From positions 1 through 59,368 of the forward strand of contig JAUCBJ010009094.1 of the NCBI GenBank assembly GCA_032718475.1: DNA of 59,368 nt, read 5' to 3'. Source of the stretch: Nemertoderma westbladi (taxonomy: Eukaryota > Animalia > Xenacoelomorpha). The position numbers were made by a program, and so were the translations under genes. The number at the start of each line of letters is the position of its first letter. Within the stretch, counting starts at the first letter, position 1. This document shows, piece after piece, positions 23,178-33,692 of the stretch. The notes beneath the pieces were generated by a model, which was not told the DNA's origin, did not search any database, and was given only the letters and a program-made list of their open reading frames with translations.

Positions 23178-23510
23178 GTAATAAACTTTCTTAAATAAAA
23201 ATCATTGAGTTAATAATAATATGCCAAAATATAATTTTCCGCTTTATATTTACTGTAATACATAAGGTCCTTCCAGGCTTCCCTTACCTATTCTCCATGA
23301 GTGTCGCAATTTCGTTTTTCCTTAGTCAAGCATCCCTTTCATTTGTCTAAATATATGTCATAGCCGGTCTTCCATGGCTATGCTTTTCTTGTGTTGGTTG
23401 CCGGAAAAGTAGATCTGGCATGACCTCATGCTTACTTCTCCAGCAGTGCCCACTGAATCTTAATCGGTGTTCATGGAGGGTGGTTGATAGAGGTGGTATT
23501 AATTAACCGG

Positions 23511-23912
23511 GAGGTTCCCGAGATTGGTGAAGTATTCTCCAGGCGGCTGGGAAGAAAGGGAATTAAATACGCGAATCAGCTGTTAAAACGCTTCAATGAC
23601 CCCAATGGGGGTTACGAAGACTTCCAGCGTTTTCTACTTACAATCTGTGGGCCCCAAATGACTGATACTCGGTTTGATCAAATATTCCAATGGATGCGGG
23701 AACACAGTGACATCGGGGCAAAGGAACATCGGTGTGAAAGTGAAACAACAGGAGACATCAGCAAGATTCAGTGTCTGTGTCACTGTAGTGCTCGATCAAA
23801 CTCTAGGGGAAGAAAATGCAACCCTACAAATTCAAACAACTCATTTATTAAAACATTTTTTAATTGTCTGCTGAAGTGTTTATTTTCCTGCTGCTGGTGT
23901 TCAACACTTTGA
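23511..23912 (+). pseudogene. BAF-like B copy lacking its native start
   Basis: Homologous to 12637-13044, including the CSTL end and 3'UTR to ~24008. Confidence 0.75.
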
Positions 23913-25318
23913 ACCCAGCCATACTATAATAATAATAAATATAATAATAATAAAACTATTCCATAAAAACTATTAATTATTATCTTTATAACGATATTTA
24001 GACATACAGCAGATTAGATTAGATGTATGCACTTTCTAATGGTGAATACATGGAAACGCCTAACTCAAGCGTTCTTCTTTAAATTGCACTGATTCGCCCC
24101 CTCATTAGAAATCACTAGCTGCCTGGTAAAACAATAATGAAAAAAAAAACACTAGCTAACTAATATAAGAGAGTTATAATAGGTTTACACAATAACATAC
24201 TTACCAAGGACTAACATAATAATGACATATTCAGGGCAGGGCACTCCCCTAGTATGCGTTAATCGAAGTAGAGTCTGGTTCATCTTATTATATTAAAATT
24301 TAATTAGCTTATAATATAGGCCTACACCAGTTTTATGTGACCTAGGTGCCCCCCTAATATGTATATTAAATTATATTGTTATTATAGGGGGGGAATATCC
24401 GTTTTTCCACATCCTAAATCTGATTCAAATTTTAAATATTTATTTGTTCTAGAATATTCTATAATACCCCCCTACATTTTCTATAAACATGTTAACTAAA
24501 TTATATTCATGCCTGTGCATGTAGTTAAATAAGAATAATCCACTATATCTTTATAGAATATTTATTTTAACATCAACAATTACCATGACGAACTTCATGT
24601 TATAAATGCAAGCAAAAAAGTTATTGATGTTGTTTGTTCTTTGTCTTCAATTCATTAACTCTATTGTTAATTATTTTGATCAATGATATAATTAAAATTA
24701 ATAGTACAGATAAATACAGATCGCACAATATTGTTTTCATTTTACTTACTGCAAGGTAATATGTCGAAGTTTCTGTATTTGATATCAGGATTATAATTTC
24801 ATATTACAACATTTTTAATTTAACATGCCCTGTATGTTGAGAATATCTTGCTTTACTAATATTATTATGTTAATTATAATTTTTATTTAATTAATAAACT
24901 TCGTTAAAATTTATAGTGAAAGATACCATTACAAATAAATACAACTGTATAATATAAGCCAGTAGTAAGATTTCTTATTGGTCTGGCTCTTCATGAGCAA
25001 GTTTAGTAATATTTAGTAAGCTGAGATATAGGCCAGCCACATTTAGATATAGTTATTCTTTGCAAAGCAGACTTATGTTTCAGCAGGAGCATCCCAGTAT
25101 TATATGAGAATGGGAATGAGTGTAGGTCCGGGGGGGGGGCTTGTTTATTATTGTTAGAGCGTTGCTGGCAAAACTGCTGGCTCAGGCCAGCAGCGTAAAT
25201 ATATGATTTGTAACAATATGAGAAATTTATTAACTTTATAAGAGCGATGGAAATATAAGTCTTTGTATACACATCACTGTCCAGCAAGCAGTTTAATATG
25301 GATATTGTAATATTTTAA

Positions 25319-28300
25319 GGCACTCCCATTAAATTATTGCTAATATTGTGAAATTACGTGGTTGCGACATTTATTGAGTGGCTAATAACCAATTCAAAAT
25401 CAATATCAAAACTGCTTTAGGCTTTCAAACACATTTAAATTAAAAATTAATTTATTTATTGTAACACTAATGCACCCAATCCATATCTGTGTAGTAACAG
25501 TACATCAGTCCATGTTTGACATTAGAGCCCCTACAAACATTTTATATTATATATTTCACACTGAAACCTAGGCCTAAGATTATATTTTCAGAAAATGTAT
25601 AATTACAGTATAAAATAATAATATTGTAATTTAATTATTTTAGGCTCCAGTACAATGCGGCACACAAAGCACAACCACATGGCAAAAAGGTTTTACTGCA
25701 TATGAAACAGTTTAACAAATTTATTTCAACTGATAATCAATCACATCCTAACTGTGGATAACTTATCGTATCTGGCACTTTTTTTATTGAATTTCAATTA
25801 CAGTACAATACATTCATTTAATAGTTATGATATTTATTCAAATAAAGTAATACAGAGCCCACCACCATAACTCCAGCAATTAAAATAAAATGTAAACATA
25901 CAGTTCGCGGCCACACAGTAGTTTAGTTGAGTTTATTTCAGTTCTGCAGTTGTTTTAGTTGTGTGTGGCAAGCACAACCACATTGATGAATCTATGTCAT
26001 TGAGGCCATTAAGAAAGAGCTGGAAATTCTGTACAAGGTCCCAAAATTTCATACCTATACCTTCAGTAGTTTTTGAGAAAGAGGTACATGAATGAAAACA
26101 AATGCAAGCGGCAGAAAAAACATGTTTAAAGTTCAGTGAATATGTAAACTTTAATACATTCGATCATACAATTATTTTCATTCGATCATACAATTATTTT
26201 ACAATGTAAATACACAATTATATTTATGGCAAACAGCAACTATATAACTAAGGAGCATGGAGTATATCAAATACATAAAGTGGTCTAGAACATTCCACTA
26301 TCGTATGTTTTCGGCCCAGTAGGAAGTTTTCGTTTCCGCCTTTGTCGCCGTAGAATTCTAGACTGGCGCTCTAATTTGGATATTTTCCGGTCAGCCTGCA
26401 GGATTCGCTTTCGGTCAAATGTCTGAAAATCCTTAACCGTTTTCTTTGAACTACTGACAAGTTGGTCTAGGACACCAACTCTTCCTTGATAACGTCCATT
26501 GAAGCATATAACTGCATCATTTATGCCAATAGAGAGAGCTTGTTTACTAATGAAGACCCTCTTCGGGCATCGGCTCCAAGCGAGATTATTGAGGCCTTCA
26601 TTCCGATTGTGTCTGACCATGAAGGCATTTAGATAACAATTCCGGTTCTGACAATGCCTTGTAGATAGGTTTAATGGCATCAGTCACAGCACGTGGTAGT
26701 GAGTTTCTGTGTACATAACATTTACCTTCTTTCTGTGCCTGTTTATACTTGCACCATTGATCAGAACATAACTGATGGCTTGGACTCTTGTCGGTAGAGC
26801 ACGTATGAAAGAAAGATGCCCATATAGCCTTCTTCATTTCCCGAACAGAGGAGTTATTTTCCCTTATGGCTCTACCATAATAGAGCTGGAGACTATCAAT
26901 CTTGTCCAAGATCCTTCTTCAGGGTACGGAGCCGTGAACCGAGTCTCTTTTGGACGTGTCCTACACATTCTAACTTGGTTATCTCTTTTCCTTTATAAGG
27001 TTTTGCCTCTTTTACATTGGAAAAGGTTGATGTATCCCCATCCCCAAGGTATTCAACATATGCAAGGCCTCTGTCATTCATGGATCTATTATAGATATTG
27101 AGAGCCCCAACAACCTCCATTCCTCCACTTGACCCACTGTAATTGCTAGTACATTTGTGTGGTAGAGGGTTATCTTCCCTAGAACAGGTTCGACAGAACT
27201 TCGACAATATTTCAACACCTTCCCTGTGTCCATACTTATACAAGAAACAAACCCATTGAGAGAACTGTATCCTCGCCTTTGCCATGACCCGTCAAAAGAT
27301 GCACCTGTATCACTACTACCATCATTAGCATCCTTTACTTCACCTGCAGCCCTTTTCATTGACTTCAATGATTCAATCTCCACTGCACTTTCAATAGCCG
27401 TATTATACGATATTATATTTGATGATATAAGCCCGAAACTGCTGCAAATATTTTGGCAGGCTCCAGCCCAAGTCCAACACATCTAAATCCATACATCATA
27501 CGCAAGTTAAGCTCAAACAACCTTGAATGTGAATGGCTATAGTTAGATGAACTAAATGACTCAGGGGCAATTCTATGAGGATAGGAATATCTACATCTAA
27601 GTTCAAAGGTCTCACAGAATCCACAACTCGTAGGTGAAGGAACAGTGTGGACAGAAATACTATACTTCCGCCGTTTGCAAGTTTTGCAAATTGCAGATTT
27701 ACCTAGTGCTTTATTGAGTATGGACAGATCAATGATATGGAAGGTTGATGGTGGAGTATTCTTATCTTTGGGATTGGGTGGATCCACATACCTCAGTTTT
27801 GATCTGCTAGCACTACTTGTTGGTACAGCTATGATGGGTGCACTTTCATCACTTTGAACATCTATAAAAAGTGGCAATACTCATTATAATAAGTAGTACT
27901 TGCTTGTAAATATGTAAATAATATAACATATGCTAAAACTGTTACCTAAGCATAACCCGTATGATAGCTTATATTGAGGTTGAGGCCATCAATTTTTTTG
28001 GTGTTTTTGGGGTTTTTGTGGTATTTTGGGACAAATTATTATTGTCATATCCAACTACTGGTGGATATGACAATAATACAGTAATAATAATAATAAGGCT
28101 GTTTGTTATCTTAGAAGAAAAAAAGTCATAAATCCACTAATACAGACAAATTACAATGTTATTCACAAACTAACTTGATCAAGAGCAGCCCTATTGTACC
28201 TTCAATGATTATCAAACCGGACATCTACCTACTTTTACTTACTTACCAACGGGTTTGTCATCCAGCTTCTTCACATGTTGATTACCGAGAAATTTATGAT

Positions 28301-28751
28301 GTTTGTATGTGCTTGTACTGCGAGGCATTCTCTTGGTATTAGGCGCACCATATACAATTATAAATTAATACACCTACAGTAACATACCAGCCGAGCTCAA
28401 AGTAACTCAAGCAACCTAAATCCGCAGTGTGCTGCTGCAATAGGCCTACCAGATGTATAAGAAAGACTGTAAATTAAACTTTGAATTTCCCTCTACTTTG
28501 TAAAGTGTGGAAAATAACATAGATTTGTCTCTTTCGCAACAAAATTCTTATGAAGCAAAAAATAGACTTGGCAGTGATTTTTATTAGGGGCGGGTGTGTT
28601 CGGACAACTTTCACAAAAGACGTCATAACTTTTGACAGAGTGACATTCATTGAATATAACTTACATATTCGGAATCTCCATTAAATTGTGGTTTAGAATC
28701 CATAATAAAAAAAAATTTGATTTTTATATTTATTTTTCATGTTGAGCCACC
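25319..28751 (-). mobile_element. Kolobok-type / Mutator-like DDE DNA transposon
   Basis: Contains the transposase; bounded by TTAA|GG ... CC|TTAA (25315-25320, 28750-28755). The 3' boundary is less certain because long TIRs are absent. Confidence 0.6.
26285..28328 (-). pseudogene. Frameshifted, intron-containing transposase
   Basis: Motifs FDGSWQRRGYSSLNG, GSSGGME, YLGDGD, KLECVGHVQKR and CLHGQTQ..NE are spread over several frames; exon 1 MPRSTSTYKHHKFLGNQH starts at 28328. Confidence 0.85.
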
Positions 28752-29052
28752 TTAAATAACTTCTTGCAATAAAATGCTACAGGCAATGTTTGCTTTAATA
28801 CCAATTTTTCTCAGATACCATAATATATTATGGTATAACCTAAGGAACACGTAAGTACATATTACAGTAGGCTTTTATATAACGCTGCCTCACTCACCGC
28901 CCACCACCCGTCTCGTCTCCACAGATGTCGCCAGGCTGATTCCACAGGCCAAGAAGCACAAGACCAAAACAAAAAAACAAAAATGTGGAAACTTCATTGC
29001 AATTGTATTAAAGTTTCCGCAATATTATTAAGAGAAATTTTATGTAGATTTT

Positions 29053-29090
29053 GGGGGGGAACATCCTTGTGCACAAGGACTGACCCCCCC
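29053..29090. other. Unit-junction hairpin / joined complementary termini
   Basis: GGGGGGG-AACA-TCCTTGTG|CACAAGGA-CTGA-CCCCCCC, repeated at each junction. Confidence 0.85.
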
Positions 29091-29178
29091 ACGCACTTTA
29101 AACATTGACCTTCATTACGGATTCTGATTTTAATGAGAATTTACACAATTGTTGACATTGGTAGTTTGCTTTCCGCAA

Positions 29179-29409
29179 ATGAGTGATCAGGTGTGTTCCA
29201 GCTGCAATAAACCAAACTGTTATCGTTGTAGTCAATGCGGTTGCTACTGTCGGTGCTGTGACCACTGCCCCTCAACTAACGCCTGTTACACCTGTTATTG
29301 CTGTTTCAAACCCACCTGTTGCTGTGACTGTGTTCCCTGTGAGCGCTGCGGAAAAGCTGTAAATTATTTTGGAGGTCTTTGTTGCAACTGCACCTCCAGA
29401 GGAGCATAA
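29179..29409 (+). CDS. 76 aa Cys-rich protein (copy 1)
   Basis: ATG at 29179; 23 of 76 residues are Cys with many CxxC/CxC motifs. Confidence 0.7.
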   Translation: MSDQVCSSCNKPNCYRCSQCGCYCRCCDHCPSTNACYTCYCCFKPTCCCDCVPCERCGKAVNYFGGLCCNCTSRGA

Positions 29410-29482
29410 AGCAAAATCAAAACAGATAATCGCCAGCACAACCTCCTGGATAGCACAACTTTAGTGTTATACAATCTCCATA

Positions 29483-30943
29483 ATGAATGCACAGCAGCAA
29501 AAAAGAGACGCATCAGTCCATAAATTACTGGTGAACTCAACCTCCAATGTCCATCTTGATTGCTGGGATGAGAGTGACACACACATAGATCACTTTTGGA
29601 ATAACGTAGGCGGCCAGATCAACAGACTGAATGAACTGAGACTCCAATGGGAAACCTCAAAAGATGTAAAAGCCCAGAACTCCACTTCAAATGAGATCAA
29701 TGCAGTGTGGATTAAAATTCGAACATACAACTCGATGACACACGGAGTGCTGGATGCTTTATCAAAACAAGTTATTGTTCTTCAAGGTTTAGGAGTGGAA
29801 GAAATAAACTCTGTCCTCACTGTGTGGAACGCCATGAAGGGGAAAAGGAACACACAGCAACGAAGTGCAAGTGACAACACTGATTTAAAAGAGTTTACTG
29901 AAACTACAATCAATGTTTGGAATGACACAATAACAATTGGCGCCATACCAAAAACCTGGACAAAGGTCGTTGCAAAGGGGTCTAAACTAGCTAGAGGTGT
30001 GATGTCTGTGATTAGGAGCGGCCAGATGGAACGCCTTGAAGCTGACCCTATACTTAAGGATGTGCCAGGCTTTTTACAAGCGCTTCAAAATACACCAGAG
30101 AAGACTGATCAGAATCCATTAGCCATTGCCAACGCCAACATGCTTGATTACCAACTCCTCCTGATGTATCATTGTAGAAGAAACAACGGACATCTGACAG
30201 TTGGAGATTTCCGGAAGTTTGTAACAAGGATTGCTAGGATGTCGAGGTCACCAAGTTTTAGCAAGGACTTTTGGAGAACTGCTTCTGATGCACCCATTAA
30301 TTCCAATTTCAGGCTCGCCATGCAAGACATCCAAAAATTGGCTTTAAGGGATAATCCTCTCAAAATGTCAGTGAACAGGTTTGTGATGGGTGCATCATGT
30401 TATGAATTGACTGGCAGTGAGCTTATGTGCATGGGTCTAGATACTCCCAAGTTATTCAAAACCATAGCAAGAATGCAAGGTCTAAGCCCTTGTTCATTAG
30501 AGCCTGAGACTACAACGCCTCAAGAACATCTTCTACACCAAGTGGCGACTACAGGCAAGACCACTAACTCCCACCACAACAAAGGCAGTATCTCGAAAGG
30601 GGCTTTGAGCTATGTTACCTTCCGCGCAGAAGGCGGAACTGAGCACGAGGGAGGACCCGAAGAGGAAGAGGAAACAGAAGAGAGGGCTTGGAATCAACCA
30701 GAAGAACAAACGATTGATGTCGAAGATGAAATGGCATGGTTAATACAGTGGGTTTCTTTAGGCTGTCCAGTTAATGACGGCTCTCTAGAAGATGTCGATC
30801 CGGACGCCGGGGCGGCCGGCGGGCTAGAGTCCATGGCACAAGGTGCGGTTGTGAAACAGAGAACGGGTGGGCCGGGCCAAGGAGGAAATTTACTTCCTGC
30901 GCTCGTGGAGGATGGCAAAAAGAAGAAGCCAAGGAACCACTAA
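29483..30943 (+). CDS. 486 aa orphan protein, possibly a viral nucleocapsid/structural protein (copy 1)
   Basis: Long intronless ORF; acidic, Gly-rich C-terminus ending KKKKPRNH; no recognisable family motif. Confidence 0.8.
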   Translation: MNAQQQKRDASVHKLLVNSTSNVHLDCWDESDTHIDHFWNNVGGQINRLNELRLQWETSKDVKAQNSTSNEINAVWIKIRTYNSMTHGVLDALSKQVIVLQGLGVEEINSVLTVWNAMKGKRNTQQRSASDNTDLKEFTETTINVWNDTITIGAIPKTWTKVVAKGSKLARGVMSVIRSGQMERLEADPILKDVPGFLQALQNTPEKTDQNPLAIANANMLDYQLLLMYHCRRNNGHLTVGDFRKFVTRIARMSRSPSFSKDFWRTASDAPINSNFRLAMQDIQKLALRDNPLKMSVNRFVMGASCYELTGSELMCMGLDTPKLFKTIARMQGLSPCSLEPETTTPQEHLLHQVATTGKTTNSHHNKGSISKGALSYVTFRAEGGTEHEGGPEEEEETEERAWNQPEEQTIDVEDEMAWLIQWVSLGCPVNDGSLEDVDPDAGAAGGLESMAQGAVVKQRTGGPGQGGNLLPALVEDGKKKKPRNH

Positions 30944-31283
30944 CCTAAGGAACACGTAAGTACATATTACAGTAGGCTTTTATATAACGCTGCCTCACTC
31001 ACCGCCCACCACCCGTCTCGTCTCCACAGATGTCGCCAGGCTGATTCCACAGGCCAAGAAGCACAAGACCAAAACAAAAAAACAAAAATGTGGAAACTTC
31101 ATTGCAATTGTATTAAAGTTTCCGCAATATTATTAAGAGAAATTTTATGTAGATTTTGGGGGGGAACATCCTTGTGCACAAGGACTGACCCCCCCACGCA
31201 CTTTAAACATTGACCTTCATTACGGATTCTGATTTTAATGAGAATTTACACAATTGTTGACATTGGTAGTTTGCTTTCCGCAA

Positions 31284-31514
31284 ATGAGTGATCAGGTGTG
31301 TTCCAGCTGCAATAAACCAAACTGTTATCGTTGTAGTCAATGCGGTTGCTACTGTCGGTGCTGTGACCACTGCCCCTCAACTAACGCCTGTTACACCTGT
31401 TATTGCTGTTTCAAACCCACCTGTTGCTGTGACTGTGTTCCCTGTGAGCGCTGCGGAAAAGCTGTAAATTATTTTGGAGGTCTTTGTTGCAACTGCACCT
31501 CCAGAGGAGCATAA
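31284..31514 (+). CDS. 76 aa Cys-rich protein (copy 2)
   Basis: Same protein as copy 1. Confidence 0.7.
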   Translation: MSDQVCSSCNKPNCYRCSQCGCYCRCCDHCPSTNACYTCYCCFKPTCCCDCVPCERCGKAVNYFGGLCCNCTSRGA

Positions 31515-31587
31515 AGCAAAATCAAAACAGATAATCGCCAGCACAACCTCCTGGATAGCACAACTTTAGTGTTATACAATCTCCATA

Positions 31588-33048
31588 ATGAATGCACAGC
31601 AGCAAAAAAGAGACGCATCAGTCCATAAATTACTGGTGAACTCAACCTCCAATGTCCATCTTGATTGCTGGGATGAGAGTGACACACACATAGATCACTT
31701 TTGGAATAACGTAGGCGGCCAGATCAACAGACTGAATGAACTGAGACTCCAATGGGAAACCTCAAAAGATGTAAAAGCCCAGAACTCCACTTCAAATGAG
31801 ATCAATGCAGTGTGGATTAAAATTCGAACATACAACTCGATGACACACGGAGTGCTGGATGCTTTATCAAAACAAGTTATTGTTCTTCAAGGTTTAGGAG
31901 TGGAAGAAATAAACTCTGTCCTCACTGTGTGGAACGCCATGAAGGGGAAAAGGAACACACAGCAACGAAGTGCAAGTGACAACACTGATTTAAAAGAGTT
32001 TACTGAAACTACAATCAATGTTTGGAATGACACAATAACAATTGGCGCCATACCAAAAACCTGGACAAAGGTCGTTGCAAAGGGGTCTAAACTAGCTAGA
32101 GGTGTGATGTCTGTGATTAGGAGCGGCCAGATGGAACGCCTTGAAGCTGACCCTATACTTAAGGATGTGCCAGGCTTTTTACAAGCGCTTCAAAATACAC
32201 CAGAGAAGACTGATCAGAATCCATTAGCCATTGCCAACGCCAACATGCTTGATTACCAACTCCTCCTGATGTATCATTGTAGAAGAAACAACGGACATCT
32301 GACAGTTGGAGATTTCCGGAAGTTTGTAACAAGGATTGCTAGGATGTCGAGGTCACCAAGTTTTAGCAAGGACTTTTGGAGAACTGCTTCTGATGCACCC
32401 ATTAATTCCAATTTCAGGCTCGCCATGCAAGACATCCAAAAATTGGCTTTAAGGGATAATCCTCTCAAAATGTCAGTGAACAGGTTTGTGATGGGTGCAT
32501 CATGTTATGAATTGACTGGCAGTGAGCTTATGTGCATGGGTCTAGATACTCCCAAGTTATTCAAAACCATAGCAAGAATGCAAGGTCTAAGCCCTTGTTC
32601 ATTAGAGCCTGAGACTACAACGCCTCAAGAACATCTTCTACACCAAGTGGCGACTACAGGCAAGACCACTAACTTCCACCACAACAAAGGCAGTATCTCG
32701 AAAGGGGCTTTGAGCTATGTTACCTTCCGCGCAGAAGGCGGAACTGAGCACGAGGGAGGACCCGAAGAGGAAGAGGAAACAGAAGAGAGGGCTTGGAATC
32801 AACCAGAAGAACAAACGATTGATGTCGAAGATGAAATGGCATGGTTAATACAGTGGGTTTCTTTAGGCTGTCCAGTTAATGACGGCTCTCTAGAAGATGT
32901 CGATCCGGACGCCGGGGCGGCCGGCGGGCTAGAGTCCATGGCACAAGGTGCGGTTGTGAAACAGAGAACGGGTGGGCCGGGCCAAGGAGGAAATTTACTT
33001 CCTGCGCTCGTGGAGGATGGCAAAAAGAAGAAGCCAAGGAACCACTAA
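31588..33048 (+). CDS. 486 aa orphan protein (copy 2)
   Basis: Differs from copy 1 by one S/F residue. Confidence 0.8.
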   Translation: MNAQQQKRDASVHKLLVNSTSNVHLDCWDESDTHIDHFWNNVGGQINRLNELRLQWETSKDVKAQNSTSNEINAVWIKIRTYNSMTHGVLDALSKQVIVLQGLGVEEINSVLTVWNAMKGKRNTQQRSASDNTDLKEFTETTINVWNDTITIGAIPKTWTKVVAKGSKLARGVMSVIRSGQMERLEADPILKDVPGFLQALQNTPEKTDQNPLAIANANMLDYQLLLMYHCRRNNGHLTVGDFRKFVTRIARMSRSPSFSKDFWRTASDAPINSNFRLAMQDIQKLALRDNPLKMSVNRFVMGASCYELTGSELMCMGLDTPKLFKTIARMQGLSPCSLEPETTTPQEHLLHQVATTGKTTNFHHNKGSISKGALSYVTFRAEGGTEHEGGPEEEEETEERAWNQPEEQTIDVEDEMAWLIQWVSLGCPVNDGSLEDVDPDAGAAGGLESMAQGAVVKQRTGGPGQGGNLLPALVEDGKKKKPRNH

Positions 33049-33388
33049 CCTAAGGAACACGTAAGTACATATTACAGTAGGCTTTTATATAACGCTGCCT
33101 CACTCACCGCCCACCACCCGTCTCGTCTCCACAGATGTCGCCAGGCTGATTCCACAGGCCAAGAAGCACAAGACCAAAACAAAAAAACAAAAATGTGGAA
33201 ACTTCATTGCAATTGTATTAAAGTTTCCGCAATATTATTAAGAGAAATTTTATGTAGATTTTGGGGGGGAACATCCTTGTGCACAAGGACTGACCCCCCC
33301 ACGCACTTTAAACATTGACCTTCATTACGGATTCTGATTTTAATGAGAATTTACACAATTGTTGACATTGGTAGTTTGCTTTCCGCAA

Positions 33389-33619
33389 ATGAGTGATCAG
33401 GTGTGTTCCAGCTGCAATAAACCAAACTGTTATCGTTGTAGTCAATGCGGTTGCTACTGTCGGTGCTGTGACCACTGCCCCTCAACTAACGCCTGTTACA
33501 CCTGTTATTGCTGTTTCAAACCCACCTGTTGCTGTGACTGTGTTCCCTGTGAGCGCTGCGGAAAAGCTGTAAATTATTTTGGAGGTCTTTGTTGCAACTG
33601 CACCTCCAGAGGAGCATAA
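33389..33619 (+). CDS. 76 aa Cys-rich protein (copy 3)
   Basis: Same protein as copy 1. Confidence 0.7.
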   Translation: MSDQVCSSCNKPNCYRCSQCGCYCRCCDHCPSTNACYTCYCCFKPTCCCDCVPCERCGKAVNYFGGLCCNCTSRGA

Positions 33620-33692
33620 AGCAAAATCAAAACAGATAATCGCCAGCACAACCTCCTGGATAGCACAACTTTAGTGTTATACAATCTCCATA

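Noticed and set aside
28855-28866. CRESS-DNA virus origin (TATTAC)
   Set aside because: ACATATTAC does not fit NANTATTAC, is not in a stem-loop, and the unit encodes no HUH Rep motifs.
29149-29409. Host metallothionein gene, and the TTG start given in the ORF track
   Set aside because: Aromatic residues, no introns and the bicistronic context argue against it; ATG at 29179 is the more plausible start. Not fully excluded.
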